From assembly GCF_009914755.1 (NCBI RefSeq), contig NC_060935.1: a DNA stretch of 64,000 nucleotides. One strand, written 5' to 3'. The notes beneath the pieces were generated by a model, which was not told the DNA's origin, searched no databases, and saw nothing but the letters and a program-made list of their open reading frames with translations. Below, piece by piece: positions 14,249-27,584 of the stretch. The translations under genes were made by a program, and so were the position numbers. Within the stretch, counting starts at the first letter, position 1. Every line of letters begins with the position of its first letter. The stretch comes from the human T2T-CHM13v2.0 reference genome, Homo sapiens.

Positions 14249-16045
14249 CTATCACCTCAGTGTATTCCAACTGCTCAGTGCAGCACCAAGTTCTGAGACT
14301 CTTTCTTTGGTTTCCCTTAGTCAAGGACAGCTGGTCACCCACCCACCCCCTCTTCAAAAATCAAGTAGCGGAATTAACAGCGTGCTGGACCTTCCTGAGC
14401 CTGTGCCTTGAGAGCAGTGAGTTTTCTCACAGCAGGGGCCAGGTCTGTCTTGTTCGCTGTAGGGCTTGGCACTCATAAAATGCTTGTTGAGTGAATGAAT
14501 GAAAGTGTCCTATGGTTCCCAGGGGCTTAGAGATGCATTTTTTTGTCAAGGAGTTCCAAGCCAGCCGCCTACTCCAGTCTCCTGTGCCCAGCAGCTGCCT
14601 GTAGGCACCCAGAAGGTGGTGGCAATACCCCCGCTTCTTTCTCCACCTCCATTCCTGTCTAAAAAATGAGGGAAGGACTATGAGAGGCAAATTGTGGTGG
14701 AGAGGGTTGGGGTGGGGATGACAACCCCGAGACAGGAACAATTGCAATTGTACACTCTTCCTAGAACCTCTGAACCAGGCGCACCCAATGCAAAAATTTG
14801 CTGTGTTTCATGAAGCATTTTTTGAGCATCACCTCGCCTCTTACCACCTAAACACTCTGAGCTTGTATTACCTGTTTAATTACTGCCTCGCTATTCAACC
14901 TTTCCCTGACCACCTGGATATTCAAACCCAAGGATTTCATGCCCTAAGCCAGAATCTTTCCTGTCTTGCCTGAGACCCTGTGTCCTTGGAACGAGCGCCT
15001 TTAGTCCTCCGCATTTTATCTTATAGATGCATCCAGGAAGAATGAGCGAGTGCCAACAAGTGAGAAAGTGCCTTGGGGACAACGTTCCGGGCAAGTCCTT
15101 TGAATGTGTGACCTGAAGCCCTCATGCAAACCTCCACCGACTCCCTCTCCTAGGTCCCTTCCAAAACATTCCAGGGACTGTGGTAATAAGAGCAGCTGGT
15201 TATTTCTGTTTGTGTTCAATCATTTGTTCCTCTATTGGTCCTTCCGTAGTTGAAAGTGGAACCACTCCCATCTGGTTCTTAAGCAAGGATGTAGGGCATC
15301 CTTCCAGCTTTCTGGCCACAGGGAGAGTGCTGGAGCCTGAGTCTGGGCCTGACTGCTGCTCTCCAGGTGCGTTATTTCTCCCGCAGCTGAGGCTCTCCCT
15401 GGCTTGCTGCCTGATTCCTGTCAGGTTCCTTCACACGCCAGGCAGTTTCTGCATGCCCAGTTACTTCACTGTGTACTGGGAGACCCAGGGGACTACACCC
15501 ACCTCAGCAAGTCATGAAGTCATGTGCACCACTTGGCTGGAAGTTGCCAGCTCTGCAAATGGTGGAAGGCTATGATAACTGCTTCTAGTCCTGCACTCCC
15601 ACCCCTGGCAAATGCTCCGCTGGCTGCCCCCTTCTCCCTCCCTTTTGCTTCTCCCAGTCAGCCCTCCAGGAGTCAGCCCTCCACATTCTGTGGCCTCAGG
15701 CTCCAGGCTCCACACTTGGGAAGGGTGTGGGAACATGGTGAAGAAAAGCCTTTCTTCCTCAACCCTAGTGCTGGGTGTCACCTCCTCGCTGAGGCCTTCC
15801 TTCGCCACCCTAGCTACCCCGTCACATCGTCTTTTTCCTCCATAGCGTCTACCGTGATCTGATATTATCTCCCACATTTGTTAATGTACTTGGTTTATTG
15901 TCTGTGTTCTTCCTAGAATGCAAGTCCCTGGCCACTGTCTCCCCAGTACTGAGTGCAGTACTTGGCACACAGTGCTGCTCAGAAAATATATTGAATAGAT
16001 GATTGAATGAATAGCCCAGAGGACTGCCCCTGGCTGGGGGGGTAG

Positions 16046-16729
<684 letters not shown>

Positions 16730-17149
16730 AGAGCCACCACCTTCAGTCTGAGCTGCCCTCTACTCCCCAATTATCTACTGCACTGCCACCCTGGCTGAGC
16801 ACTGTGGACGTGTGATGAGGGGCACCCCGGCTCCACAGCCTGGCACCTACCTTCTATGTAACCTTGCCTGACTGACCCAAGCCTTGACTTCCATGTGAGT
16901 CAAATGGGGACTACGCCCACATCAGCAAGCCCTGTGCAGCACTTGGCTGGAAGTTGCCAGCTCTGCAAATGGCAGAAGGCTACAATAACTGAAGTGTGGG
17001 GTGGCTGAAAGGACACTTTGGACACCGGCAGAAAAGACGGGAAGAGTCAAGATATGAAGCCGAGAAGCTTCTAAGTCTTGCATGGGAACCCTCCTGTCCT
17101 AAGGAACCCTGTGCACTCACCTCACACTCTAGAAATAACAACATAATAG

Positions 17150-17380
17150 CCACAGCCTATCGGCAACTGTTACATTACAAGTCAGCCCTTGCACACTGAG
17201 ATCTTTGCAATCCTAACAATAGCCTTATGGTGGAACTATTATTCTCATTCTATAATGGTTACGAAATCGAAACACAGACAAGTGAAGTAATAGCTCGGGG
17301 CCACACAGCAAAGCAGAGGACTTGGGATTCGAACTCAGGCGATCCAACGTCAGAAACTATGGTCTTAACCGCTGCGCGAG
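17150..17380 (-). mobile_element. MIR
   Basis: actattattctcattctata...gaaatcgaaacacagacaagtgaagtaatagctcggggccacacagc...gggattcgaactcaggc. Confidence 0.6.
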
Positions 17381-18700
17381 TTATCAGAAATCCCTGGAGC
17401 CAAACACTACGGGGGACCGGCGGACCAAAAGGTTCCTAACTCCTTTGGACCTCCAGGGCTCGCAGAAAAGCTGCCACTTCTCCAGAGCCGCCAGGGCGGG
17501 CGCGAGAGCAGCGAGTCCGCGCGGGTCCTCGGCGCGCTCGCCAGACCCAGCCGACCGCGTGACTCACCACGTCCTCCGCCGGGAGGAGGTCAGCATCGGC
17601 CCTGGGCACCGGTCCCCAGCCGCCGCAGCCCCTGCCCCAATCTCCCCGGAATGCGGACGCCGCCGCGCCAACCCGAGCCTCCAGTCGGATAGAGGCAGGG
17701 AGGGAGGCACTGCCCACGACGAGTGCTCTCCAGGCGCTGCAAAGAGCAGGGGTCTCCTAGGGGCTTTGAGACCGCGGGCGGACCTCGGGGGAGCAGGCGT
17801 GGGACCCGATCTGTGCCGGCTCAGCAGGGCCCCAGCAGCGCCCCAGCGTCGCCCGCCCTTCCTCCTCGCCCACCTTACGCTGGGACTTGCACCCCGAGTT
17901 TAGGGGCTTAGCCATTTCCGGAACTCGGGCTAGTGGACTCTGGGGAATCAGGCGCTGGGAGAGGCCTTCGCAGCTGCGTCTCTCCTGCCCAGCATATTGT
18001 GTTGAATGAGGCAAGGGAGTGAGGGGGTCGTAAAGGAAACCCGCACTCAGGGGCACACCTTCATTTATCTGGGAACAGCGCGGATCCCAGAGGTGCGGGA
18101 TAAACCAGGCGTTCCAGCTGCTCACACGCTGTTTGGTACCCCGCGTCTACGAAGCACAAAGCAGGAGCGGATTGGAGGTTTTACAAACTGACCAACCCCG
18201 CCGCCCGCGCCCGCTGGAGGGAGACGCACACCTTTGCCCTGCATATTCGCTTCCAGGCTCTGCATCTCTGCTCTTGGGGAGCCGGCCACCCGCTTTTCCG
18301 CGCGGGGGCTGGGGTTCTCGCCTGAAGGCGAAGTCCGCGTGCGCGATGGAACCTGGTGCCCCGCCCTCTCTGGCAAGGGCAAGGCCAAGAGCGCAGGGCG
18401 GGGAGAGGAGCTCCGGGGACCCGCGGAAAACCTGGCTCGAAAGCCCTGGAGGCGAGCTCTCCACCGTGTTCGGTGGCCACCTTAATTCTTGTTGAACCGA
18501 GAGGAAGTTGTTGAAACCGGAAGTCGGCCTCTGGGGTCTGAGCCCGTCCACCCTTTGCAGATCGGTAACAGCCGAGGAAAGCACAGATATTTTAAGTCCT
18601 CACATAATTCCCACGTCATTAGCCAAACCCCAGGCCAGGTGTTTGGAGGGAAGCCCCGTGTGCCTACTTGTTTTCCCTTCTCTCCCGGAAGCTGGTCCTT
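17350..18700. promoter_or_regulatory. Upstream CpG island about 6 kb from the ALX4 ATG
   Basis: Dense CpG; ACCGGAAGT (18516-18524), CCAAT boxes, TGACTCA (17560-17566). Confidence 0.8.
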
Positions 18701-19824
18701 TAAGGTTTCAAAATGTGGCTGCAAAAGATTGGTGGTGGAAGAGGTGGGCCAAACGCAGCGCCTATCCAGGGTCCTATCCAGGGTCCTCAGGCACCTCCTG
18801 GGCAGACGCGAGGCCTCAGTTTCTTGAGGTGCTTGGCAGGAGAAGTGGATCTGCCTTTATTCAGCCGTAGTTCCAGGGAAGCCAGTAGGAATGTTCTACC
18901 CATTTCTCAGCTGGGGAGGTGGAGGCAAAGGAGTGTGATGGCCAGGGTATCTGAAGACCCTTCAAACTGTGTCTGCTTGTGCCTGGCTCTGGAGAGTGGG
19001 GGAGGGCTCAATGCTCTCAGTAGAATCTCCAAGGAGTTCCTGGCCCCCAGAAGGTTAAGCTCCACTGTCCTGGGCAGAGCTGTCCCTTGGGACAAAGCAT
19101 CCCTCTCCCCAGAGTTGTCTCGGTTCCCTCAGGCCTGGACCTCACTCCCTTCCCCCTCCTCCCTTTCATTCTGCAATGCAAAGGTCTCCATGCCCAGCCT
19201 GGCACTGCCCAACTGACAGCCTGTGGGTTTGGGGAAGAGGGCTCTTCTGGGGTGGGTAGCACCTCTGTCTGGTAAGGAAGGGATGGTCCTTCCATCCCAC
19301 CATTCAGAAAACCGAGCTGAAGCTGGAGAGAGTCAAAGGGGCAGGCTTCCATGAGGACGGGAGAGGGCTGGCTTCTTGATTCTCTCTGGCTGATACTCAA
19401 ACTTGGCTCTGCGTCCACACCTCCCTCCCTCCTTTCCCCACTCCTACTCTCCTCCAGTCCCCAGAGCCCATTGTTCAACCTTGTGCCATGGCTTCACTCA
19501 CAGGAGGGAGCATGGTCCATAATTCCCTTGTCTCGTCCCCACAACTATGGCCCTGGGCCTCCAAGAGTCCTTCTTCTCTAAGGTTTCATTTGTCTGTCCA
19601 CCTGCCCCGCCCCCCACCCCAAGAGTTGGTGGGCAGTCAGTGGCAGCTGTGTTGACTCCCATTCCAACCCTCCCTCCGTCCCCAGTATGGTCTCTGGGTT
19701 GGGAGGGGGCTTCTGGATTCGCTCCAGGACAGAGCTGGAGTGAGGCCTCTGTGATAGTGGGGAGGCCTGTGGGGTGGTAAAAGTGGGAAGGAAGGAGGCA
19801 GCAAAATGCTCGGACAGTGGCTAC

Positions 19825-20000
19825 ATTAGTGGTGAGGAGCCCAGCTTTGAATCCCAGCTGTGCTGCTTACTGGCTATGTAATGCCTGTAAGTGACTGCCT
19901 TCAGGGAACTCAGTTTCTCCTTCTGTGAAATGGGGATAATAATAGCCCAGTACCTACTTCATAGGATGGCTGCTTAGATTAAATGAGATCATGCTGACTT
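19825..20000 (+). mobile_element. MIR
   Basis: tttgaatcccagctgtgctgcttactggct...ctcagtttctccttctgtgaaatggggataataatag...attaaatgagatcatg. Confidence 0.75.
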
Positions 20001-20449
20001 CAGATTTTCTCACCATTTCCATATTGGAGACTGCTGTTTTAGACACCCTAGCCCAGGCTGAAAAGCCCCTGAAGTGATCATTTGGGGTTCCTGACCTTCA
20101 ACAGCTGGGAAAATGGGTTATATTCACCCGCTTCTTCTACCCACAGCTTGCCCTGGGTCAGGGTCCTTTCAAAGCACCAGGAGTGAAAAAGCCAAAGGAA
20201 TTAATAACTCCCACGGTCCGGCCCTTCCTGTCGGTGCGCAGGGAGATGGAGGGCGTGTGTTGAGTGGGAGAAGGTCTTAGGGGTAGGGTCTCTGCTGCTC
20301 TCCATCTCCCGGCTCTGACCCACCTGGCACTTTAAGTAGCACCTTCTTCACCTTCCTTGATTCGCTTCGTGAGCTTACTACTGCCTTGTGGAGTAGGGTC
20401 TATGTCCCTGTTTTACTGTTAGGGAAAGGGGAGCCCAGACACGCATTGC

Positions 20450-21850
20450 CGTTTTCCCGAAGTCACTGGGCCAGCAAGAGGTCAGGTTGACCCTCCAGCC
20501 CAGGGCTGCCGGCTCCCAGGCCTGCTGTCTTTATCCCGGCAGCCTCCTGCAACCTCCTCCACCCTGCCCTCCTGCCGCCTGCCTCCGGAGGGAGGGGTCC
20601 CTGCCCTAGCACCTGTCATAGGAGGCAGCCGGAGCGCACATTCTGATCGCATAATCCCGAGGCTTGTGACTGGCAGGGAGGGGGGCTGAGAGGAGCGAGG
20701 CGGACATCGGGGAGGGCAGAGCCGAGGGGAATGCACAGGAGAAGTACTAGGGTAACCTTAGCCACAGAAAGAGACAGAAGGAGGGGGACAAACATGGGGC
20801 TGCTTGGCATAGTGCGCGGCACAGAGTAGGTGCTTAGTAAGTGGTGGTGGTGATTATATTTCGATTGCCTCCTGCTACTCATTAGCTGCGTCCAGCCTGT
20901 GCAACTCCCCCGATCCGGCCGGTAGTATCTGAGGACTCCAGTGGCCAGACCTCGACCCTCTCTCCCACCCCTCCTGAGGTCCTTCCTTCCCCAGGACCCA
21001 TGGGCGCACAGCTGGCCTCTCCATACTCCCCCTACCCGCCCAGAGCAGGCCCAGAGCGCGCAACTGCGGGCGAACTGACACCTCTCCTGGCGTCGACCCC
21101 TCGGTCCAGAACTGAGTCCAAGGGCCCCGATTACCGATCTATGGGCGGAAGCGCAGCGCAGCGGCTTTGTTTCTCCACCCCCAGGCCTTGGGGAAACTTA
21201 GGGCGGCGCGCGCTCCCAGGTCGGCTAAGACCGGAGCGAACCGACTTGCAAAACCACAAGGGCAACTGATGGGATAAAAAGAAACACCCAAAGCCATAGC
21301 CTCGTGTGCCACTCGGGCCACTCCCGGAGCAAAGAGGCGAGGCCCGGAGGAAGCAAGCTCCGGAGGTCGCTAGCTCCGGAGGTCGCTGGGAGGTGGCTTC
21401 TTCGTTGAACTTCTAGAGCGCCACTGCTCCACCCCCCGCCCCCCGCCCCGCGCATCTCAGCCGACCCGCGCAATGTGCTCTCTCGGTCCTCACTCAAGGT
21501 CTTGGGGCCTGAAGGAGGCTGGGCCGCGCCCCGAGGAGGAGCCGCCCGCTGGAAACACCCAGGAAACTACTCGTCCTCAGGGGTTGGCTGTGGAATGAGC
21601 TTTGGCTGGAGAGCCTGGTACCGTGTCCTGGCTGTGTCTGCGCAGTGACGTGCTTCAGGGCCTGGACACCAAGCTTCCTCTCTCTCAAACCTTTTCCCTC
21701 AGGTGCTCTGCCATGCTCAGGAGCGAGGAAACTCCTCGCTGCTTTCTCTAAATTGAATTCGTTTACAGGTCCCGGTCGAGTTTTTCAAAGGGTGGTGGAA
21801 AACGCGCGCGCGAGCTCTAGTAAAGCCAGGCAGAGCTGGTTGCTAATCCG
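20450..21850. promoter_or_regulatory. Second upstream CpG island
   Basis: CpG-dense (cgcgcgcg at ~21802; GC boxes ccccgcccc at ~21432-21450). Confidence 0.72.
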
Positions 21851-22364
21851 TGGTCTGTGGTTGTGCCATCTTGGGCAAGTCACTTCTCTCTGTGCCTCCG
21901 TTTCTTCACCTGTGAAATGGACGTGATTATTTCTATCTCCTAGGAAAGCTGTGAGGATCAGAGATCACGTGGGTAGATGCTCCCTTAACTTCAGTTCTTA
22001 TTCTCACTTGGGATGGTTGCAGGTTTTGCAGAGCTTGGAGGAAGATGCAATTCTAGAAGCCACCCTGACCTCCTGTCCAGTCGAATTCAAATGAAGTAGT
22101 GGCTAGATTTCCCCAGATCCTCTTCCAATGGGGCCCCGGGGCCACATGACCTGCTCTTTGATGGTCCCTCGGCTCCCAAGTGTGGCCAATCCAGTCCTTT
22201 CAGGATTTGCCTCTAAAATAAATCACTGGTCTTGCCCTTTCTCTTGCCAAGTTAACTAGCACTGTTTCAATTTCTTAGAGACGAGGAGTGGGGTGCAAAA
22301 TGAGCTTTGTTAATTATTGCACCTAGGGAAGCAACTGATGCTGATTTCCCTCCCCCTCCACTCC

Positions 22365-22465
22365 TCATTTTTTAAAGGTGAAATTCACATAACATAAAAT
22401 TAACCTTTTAAAGTGAACAATTCTGTGGCGTTTAGCATATTCTTAGAGGTTCCAAAACATTTGCA
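22365..22465 (-). mobile_element. Old L1 (L1M-type) 3' fragment
   Basis: gaaattcacataacataaaattaacctttttaaagtgaacaattctgtggcgtttagcatattc. Confidence 0.65.
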
Positions 22466-22928
22466 TCATCACCAAAGGACCTATTTTCCTTTTTTAAGGA
22501 TTGCTTGCCCTTGGAGCTGAGATGCTATGCAGGTAGACAAGGTAGACACCAGGGCTTTTCAATGCTTTTAGAAAGAGCTGCTTCCCAGATGATTGCGAAG
22601 TTGATCTCAAAAGACTTGGGAGCTGAGGAAGTGGAGTCGGGTGCTTACCCAGAACCTACAGAATCAGTGTGGGAGAGAGTAGGGAAGGGAGTGAGAAGGA
22701 CTATGGGACAGAGACCTCCATCTCCAGGCCCAGGTTGAGGGTGTTTGCTGATCCCGCCTTCCAAATTATAGGTACAGTTTCCATCCTGCAGGAGCAGTGA
22801 CTCTAGAAATACATGCAATTCACACAAATATTTTACATCCATGCCTCTTCGGCTTTCTAGGGGAGACGTTTCTTTGATGATCTGATGAAAGTTGAGGACC
22901 CTCTTTCTGGAAAGATGCAGATAGATGC

Positions 22929-23371
22929 TGTATTAGTTTCTGAGAGCTTCCTTAACAAATTGAAGCAAACGTGGTGGACCAAAATTTCTTCCCTCCCAGC
23001 TCTGGAAGCGGGAAGTGGAAGATCAAAGTTCCCGCAGGGTCGTGTTCCTCCAAAGGCTCTAAGAAAGAATCTTCCTTTCCTTTTCCCGGCTCCCGGGTCC
23101 CCAAGCTTTCCTTGTGACTTCATTACTCCAATCCCTGCCTTTGTCTTCCCAAGGCCTTCTTCTCTCGGTCTCCTTCTCTTCAGTCTCTGATAAGGATACT
23201 TGTCATTGGATGTAGGGCCCACCCGGATAATCTGGAATGATCTCATTTTGACAGCCTTAATTTAATTAAGCTGCAAATACCCTTTTTCCAAATAAAGTCA
23301 CATCACATTCTAAGGTAGTGGGGGTTAGGACTTGGACATATCTTTTGGGGGTTACCATTCAACCCATTACT
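22929..23371 (-). mobile_element. MaLR solo LTR (MLT1-type)
   Basis: tgtattagtttc...tcattggatgtagggcccacccggataatc...ccaaataaagtcacat...ttaggacttggacatatcttttgggg...attcaaccc. Confidence 0.85.
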
Positions 23372-25644
23372 GTTGCATACTCCCATTTTCACATAAAATT
23401 TAGGGGGTCTTCAAGCCCCTGTCCAATCTAGGAGTTGCAGTTTTAATGCCACGAAGTAATCCTTTGATATCACTATTTGAAAGATGGAGAGAAAAACAAC
23501 CAACCTTGTTCTGTAAATCCAAATTCCTATAGTTCTCTTCTTTTAAGGGAGGACACACCTACATATGGTTAAAAGGAGAAAAGAAAACTGCCATTTGGCC
23601 CCAGTGATATCATCTACCATTTTGAGGAAGGACATTCCAGAGCAGAAGGCTAGAGACAGACAGGGGTTGCCTTTTTATAAAGAAGCCCTTGGAAAATGCA
23701 GCATCAGCCAGAATCTAAATTTGTGAAAATGGACCAACAGGAAATTTCACCCCACGTCAGACAAACTTCATAAGGGCGCTGTGGGGGACTCTATTGCTCA
23801 GAGAGGCTTTTTAAGAAAATTGCAACTTTTCGCCAGACCCCGAGTGTATTGGGAAGTTGCACAAAGATCGTCACACCCTTTCGTGGCTTCTCCTCCCTTG
23901 GTGGTAAGGGAGGAGTAAACTTTTTCTCAAAGAAAGGGAGATGGTATGGAGGAGGAGAGGCTGGGGAAAGGCTACTTCCAGAGCCAAGGATGAGGACGGC
24001 TCCAAAGATAGAAGTGACAGCTTCCTCAGCTGAGTCCCTGGGTCGCCACCTGTGTCCTTCCTGCAGATCGGATTTATAGAGTGTAACATTTTAATAAAAA
24101 ACACACACACCTTCCCATTTTGGTGCATTAAGAGATTTTTAACAAAACACTGTAATGTTGCTATAAATTTTTCTCCCAGCACCCTCACAAGTAATAACTC
24201 AGCTATGGCATTTTGCATTTAATGTTTATTTTGATGGCTACATTCCAGCCAGAGTGGGGGCTCAGGGTGGGGAGGGGTGGGGAGAGAGAAGCAAAAATGC
24301 CTCCTCTTTCCTAACCATTAACTGTGTGTTTTTAATAAAGTCCCTACAAATTGGGGAGCCAACACTTGGAAAGGAAGGAAGGAAATCATGACACCTTATC
24401 AGGAAGGGCTAGTGGCCTCAGCTCTAGGAAGTAGCTGGGGTTAGGCCCCAGCTGGGTCCTGCCAAGATGGGTCCCCAGAGGGTTTCTGGAATGTTCTGCC
24501 TAAAATGCCCTTCTCCCTTCTCCCCAGCAGCTTTGGAGGCATAGCTCAAGCCTCATCTTCTGGAAGTTTCCTCTTAATCTTCTCTACTGGAGTGATGTGC
24601 CCCTCCCCTGAACAGTGTTCATTCTCTCCACCCATCACCTGTAATGTAGATGTTGGCTAGAACAGACTCAGAGCAAGGAATGTTGAATGAATGAAGGAAG
24701 GAAGGAAGGAACAAATGAATTAAGTAGAACTGGTTGGAGAATTCCCTTTCGTTATATCTGAGTTACTGCCATGAAGGCAGCTGTTATGGGAATGGTTCAT
24801 TATTTTCCCCTTTGGATCTGAATGGTTTAAAATCAGATGGAAATCAGTTCACAAGCCCCATCTCGTTCACAGGTTTCGTATTCCAGATTTCTTATACCAA
24901 GGACACAGGCCAGAGGAGAGGTTGTTTAGGTCATGTAGTCTGTTCCTTTGGCACCAGGTCAGAAGGAAAGGTGAGGGCTGCCAAAGATGTAAGGGCTGCT
25001 TCCTGGAAGGTTGAGACTAAGGGTCTCAAAGCCTCATGGCTGCTTACGGCCAAGCTTCCTGTCCCTTGGCTGTGGAGCCTCCCCTGTGTCCTCCCACCAT
25101 CAACCCTTCCTTCTTACCAACTCCCAGCCCTTCCTGCTTGCCTTTCCGTGGGGCCACTGATGCGAGCCTGAGCTCTGGGTGATGCCCTCTTCTTTGCCCA
25201 AGGCTTGCTCAAATCATAAGTGGAGATAATGAATGGAAAAAACATTATTAGCTTGTAAACTGCAAAGTGCCTCAGACATGGAGGGTGACACTTAACACAA
25301 TGGTTGTGAGTCACATGGGTAGTGAGTGGGTCAGACACTGGAATCAGAATGATTTGGGCTCTGCCGCTTATTGGCACAGGGCCTCAGTGTTCTCATCGGT
25401 ACACTGGGGACTTTAGTAATTGGGTCGGGGGTGGGGTTATTTGAGAAAGGTCATGGGAAATGCTTGGCTCAGGTTAGCGCTCCACTGTCACTTTCCAGGA
25501 TAGGAGGGTACCTGGCTGTACACCTGCCACTCTTTGATCCCTGGACATAGTCAGCTGGCTGGGCAGGGGTGTCCTTCCTCCACTTACCTCCATCCCTTGC
25601 CCTTCCTTCACTTTCTCTGTGGAGGAAAAGTGTTCCTCCATCAA

Positions 25645-25835
25645 GGGTTCAAATTCTCCCTCTGCCACTTCTGCCACTTATTAGCTGTGCAACCTCAGGT
25701 GAGTTACTTAACCTCTCTGGGCTTCTGTTTTCTTTTATTTGATAAATGAGGAGGTAATGGTTGTCTTGATGCATTATTTGAGGATTGAAGGAAATGATGA
25801 GAAAGGCTGGCACACAGTAGGCACGTCTAAATGTT
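25645..25835 (+). mobile_element. MIR
   Basis: gggttcaaattctccctctgccactt...agctgtgcaacctcaggtgagttacttaacctctctg...ggcacacagtaggcac. Confidence 0.7.
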
Positions 25836-27552
25836 TTTCCTTATCCTTCTTTCCCTGGGTATCCAACAAGCAGATACTGTATCTGATGTTGCAGTGCCTC
25901 TTAGGGTCTACACACAGATGGTGCCTAATAGCTGCTCTAGATGGATGGACTGGCAGAAAGCTGCATTGCCTGTACTGGGGAGCTCTCAGGGAGACCACCT
26001 CACTCCTCCTCCATGAGGACAATATGCATTTTCCCTTTTTACAAGCTCTCAGCCTGGCCCATGGCATTTTAAAGCTGAGATAAACAGTTCCAGGGCAAAG
26101 CCAGGGATCAGGGCTGATCTTGGCTCTTTCTAAAGAAGTGTTTCTGAGCCTTTTAGGCAATATCTCAGCCCCCACCCTGCTGCCCCTCTAGCTTTAATGG
26201 GTGCTGAGCACTTTACACCCCGTGAAACCCGCGGCAAATGGTTCTGGTCTCTGATGTTCAGTCCAGGCTGGCAGCAGGGGCTGGCGCTCAGCCTCCGCCT
26301 GAGGAAATGAAAGCCCGATGGAGGCTGGAGGAGGAGGAGGCGCGGGAATGTCCAGAAACAGCATGGCAGCTGAAGCAAGCCAGGCCTTTACCCTGGTGGC
26401 GCCATCCCTCAGACATCTCTCCCTTGTCAAACTGAGGGCAGCAAGACCTGTGGCTGTCAGGCAAACTCCTGCTTACTCCCAGAAGCCCTTGCAGATCAAG
26501 CTGCATATCTGACCATTAGTAATAATTAACAGTCAGTAGTATTTACTTAGTACCCATTAAGAGCCAGACCCAATTCTGGGCTTGTTCCATAGATTCCCTC
26601 TTCTGGGCCACCCAATCCAAGTTAGCTCCCTCCCCACCTGCTTTAATTCTTCAGAGCACTCAGCACCAGCTGCAGTTACCTGGTTTATGTATTTGTTTAC
26701 TCATCTGTTCTTGTAATGTGAGGAATCATGTGTTTGCTCTGCTCTGTCTCCAGGGCCTGGAGGAGAGCTTAACACAGAACAAGTGTTCAGTGAATATGAA
26801 CTTTTTTGCCTGAATGAACGGAAATCTTCAGAGTTGTCTTATAGGAGGATACTACGATCATCCCCGTCTTGCAGAAAAGGCAACTAAGGCTGAGAAGAGG
26901 CCAGGAGCCTTGACGAAAGGCACACAGGAAGAGCAGAGCTGGGACTCTAACCCTGAACGTTTGAGTAAAATCTGTGATGTTCTTCTGCTCCACAACCACC
27001 TCGTCTCACTCATCTGACTTCCCTTGTGCTGAATATCCTGTTGGAAACAGAGGCCTCTTCAACGATGAAAACTTGCTGCCCTTCTTATGTTTGAAGAAAC
27101 GTCTCCTGAATATTTGTATTCATGATCCTACAATCTTATTTTCTGTAATTTTTACAGCAACCAGTCAGGTCATTGTCATTATACACCATTTTATAATGAA
27201 GAAATCAAAGCTCAGAGAGGTTGAGCACTTGCCTAAAGACACACAGCAAAAACACAGCAGAGCTGGCATTCAAGTCTGGATCTGGCTGTAAAGCCCATGC
27301 AGGTCTGGCTTTGCAGACACGTGGCTTTCCAGGGTGTCTGAGGGACCGCTCTGGACTCACATGGCTAGGAAGTGGTAAAGCAGAAACTGGGCCAGGACTT
27401 AGGATGCCACATCCAGTTTTCCTCCCCGCCAATGCAGCATGGCAGCCTGGAAGCCTGGTGGGCAGAAGGAAGGGATGAGGGCTAGGACTGAACACAGGGT
27501 GTGATTGCCTTGAGAGCCAGGGATTGGCAAGCTGGGAGGTATCCTCTAAGAC

Positions 27553-27584
27553 TGTGTGTGTGTGTGTGCATGTGTGTATGTGTG
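27553..27584. repeat. Imperfect (TG)n microsatellite
   Basis: tgtgtgtgtgtgtgtgcatgtgtgtatgtgtg. Confidence 0.8.
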
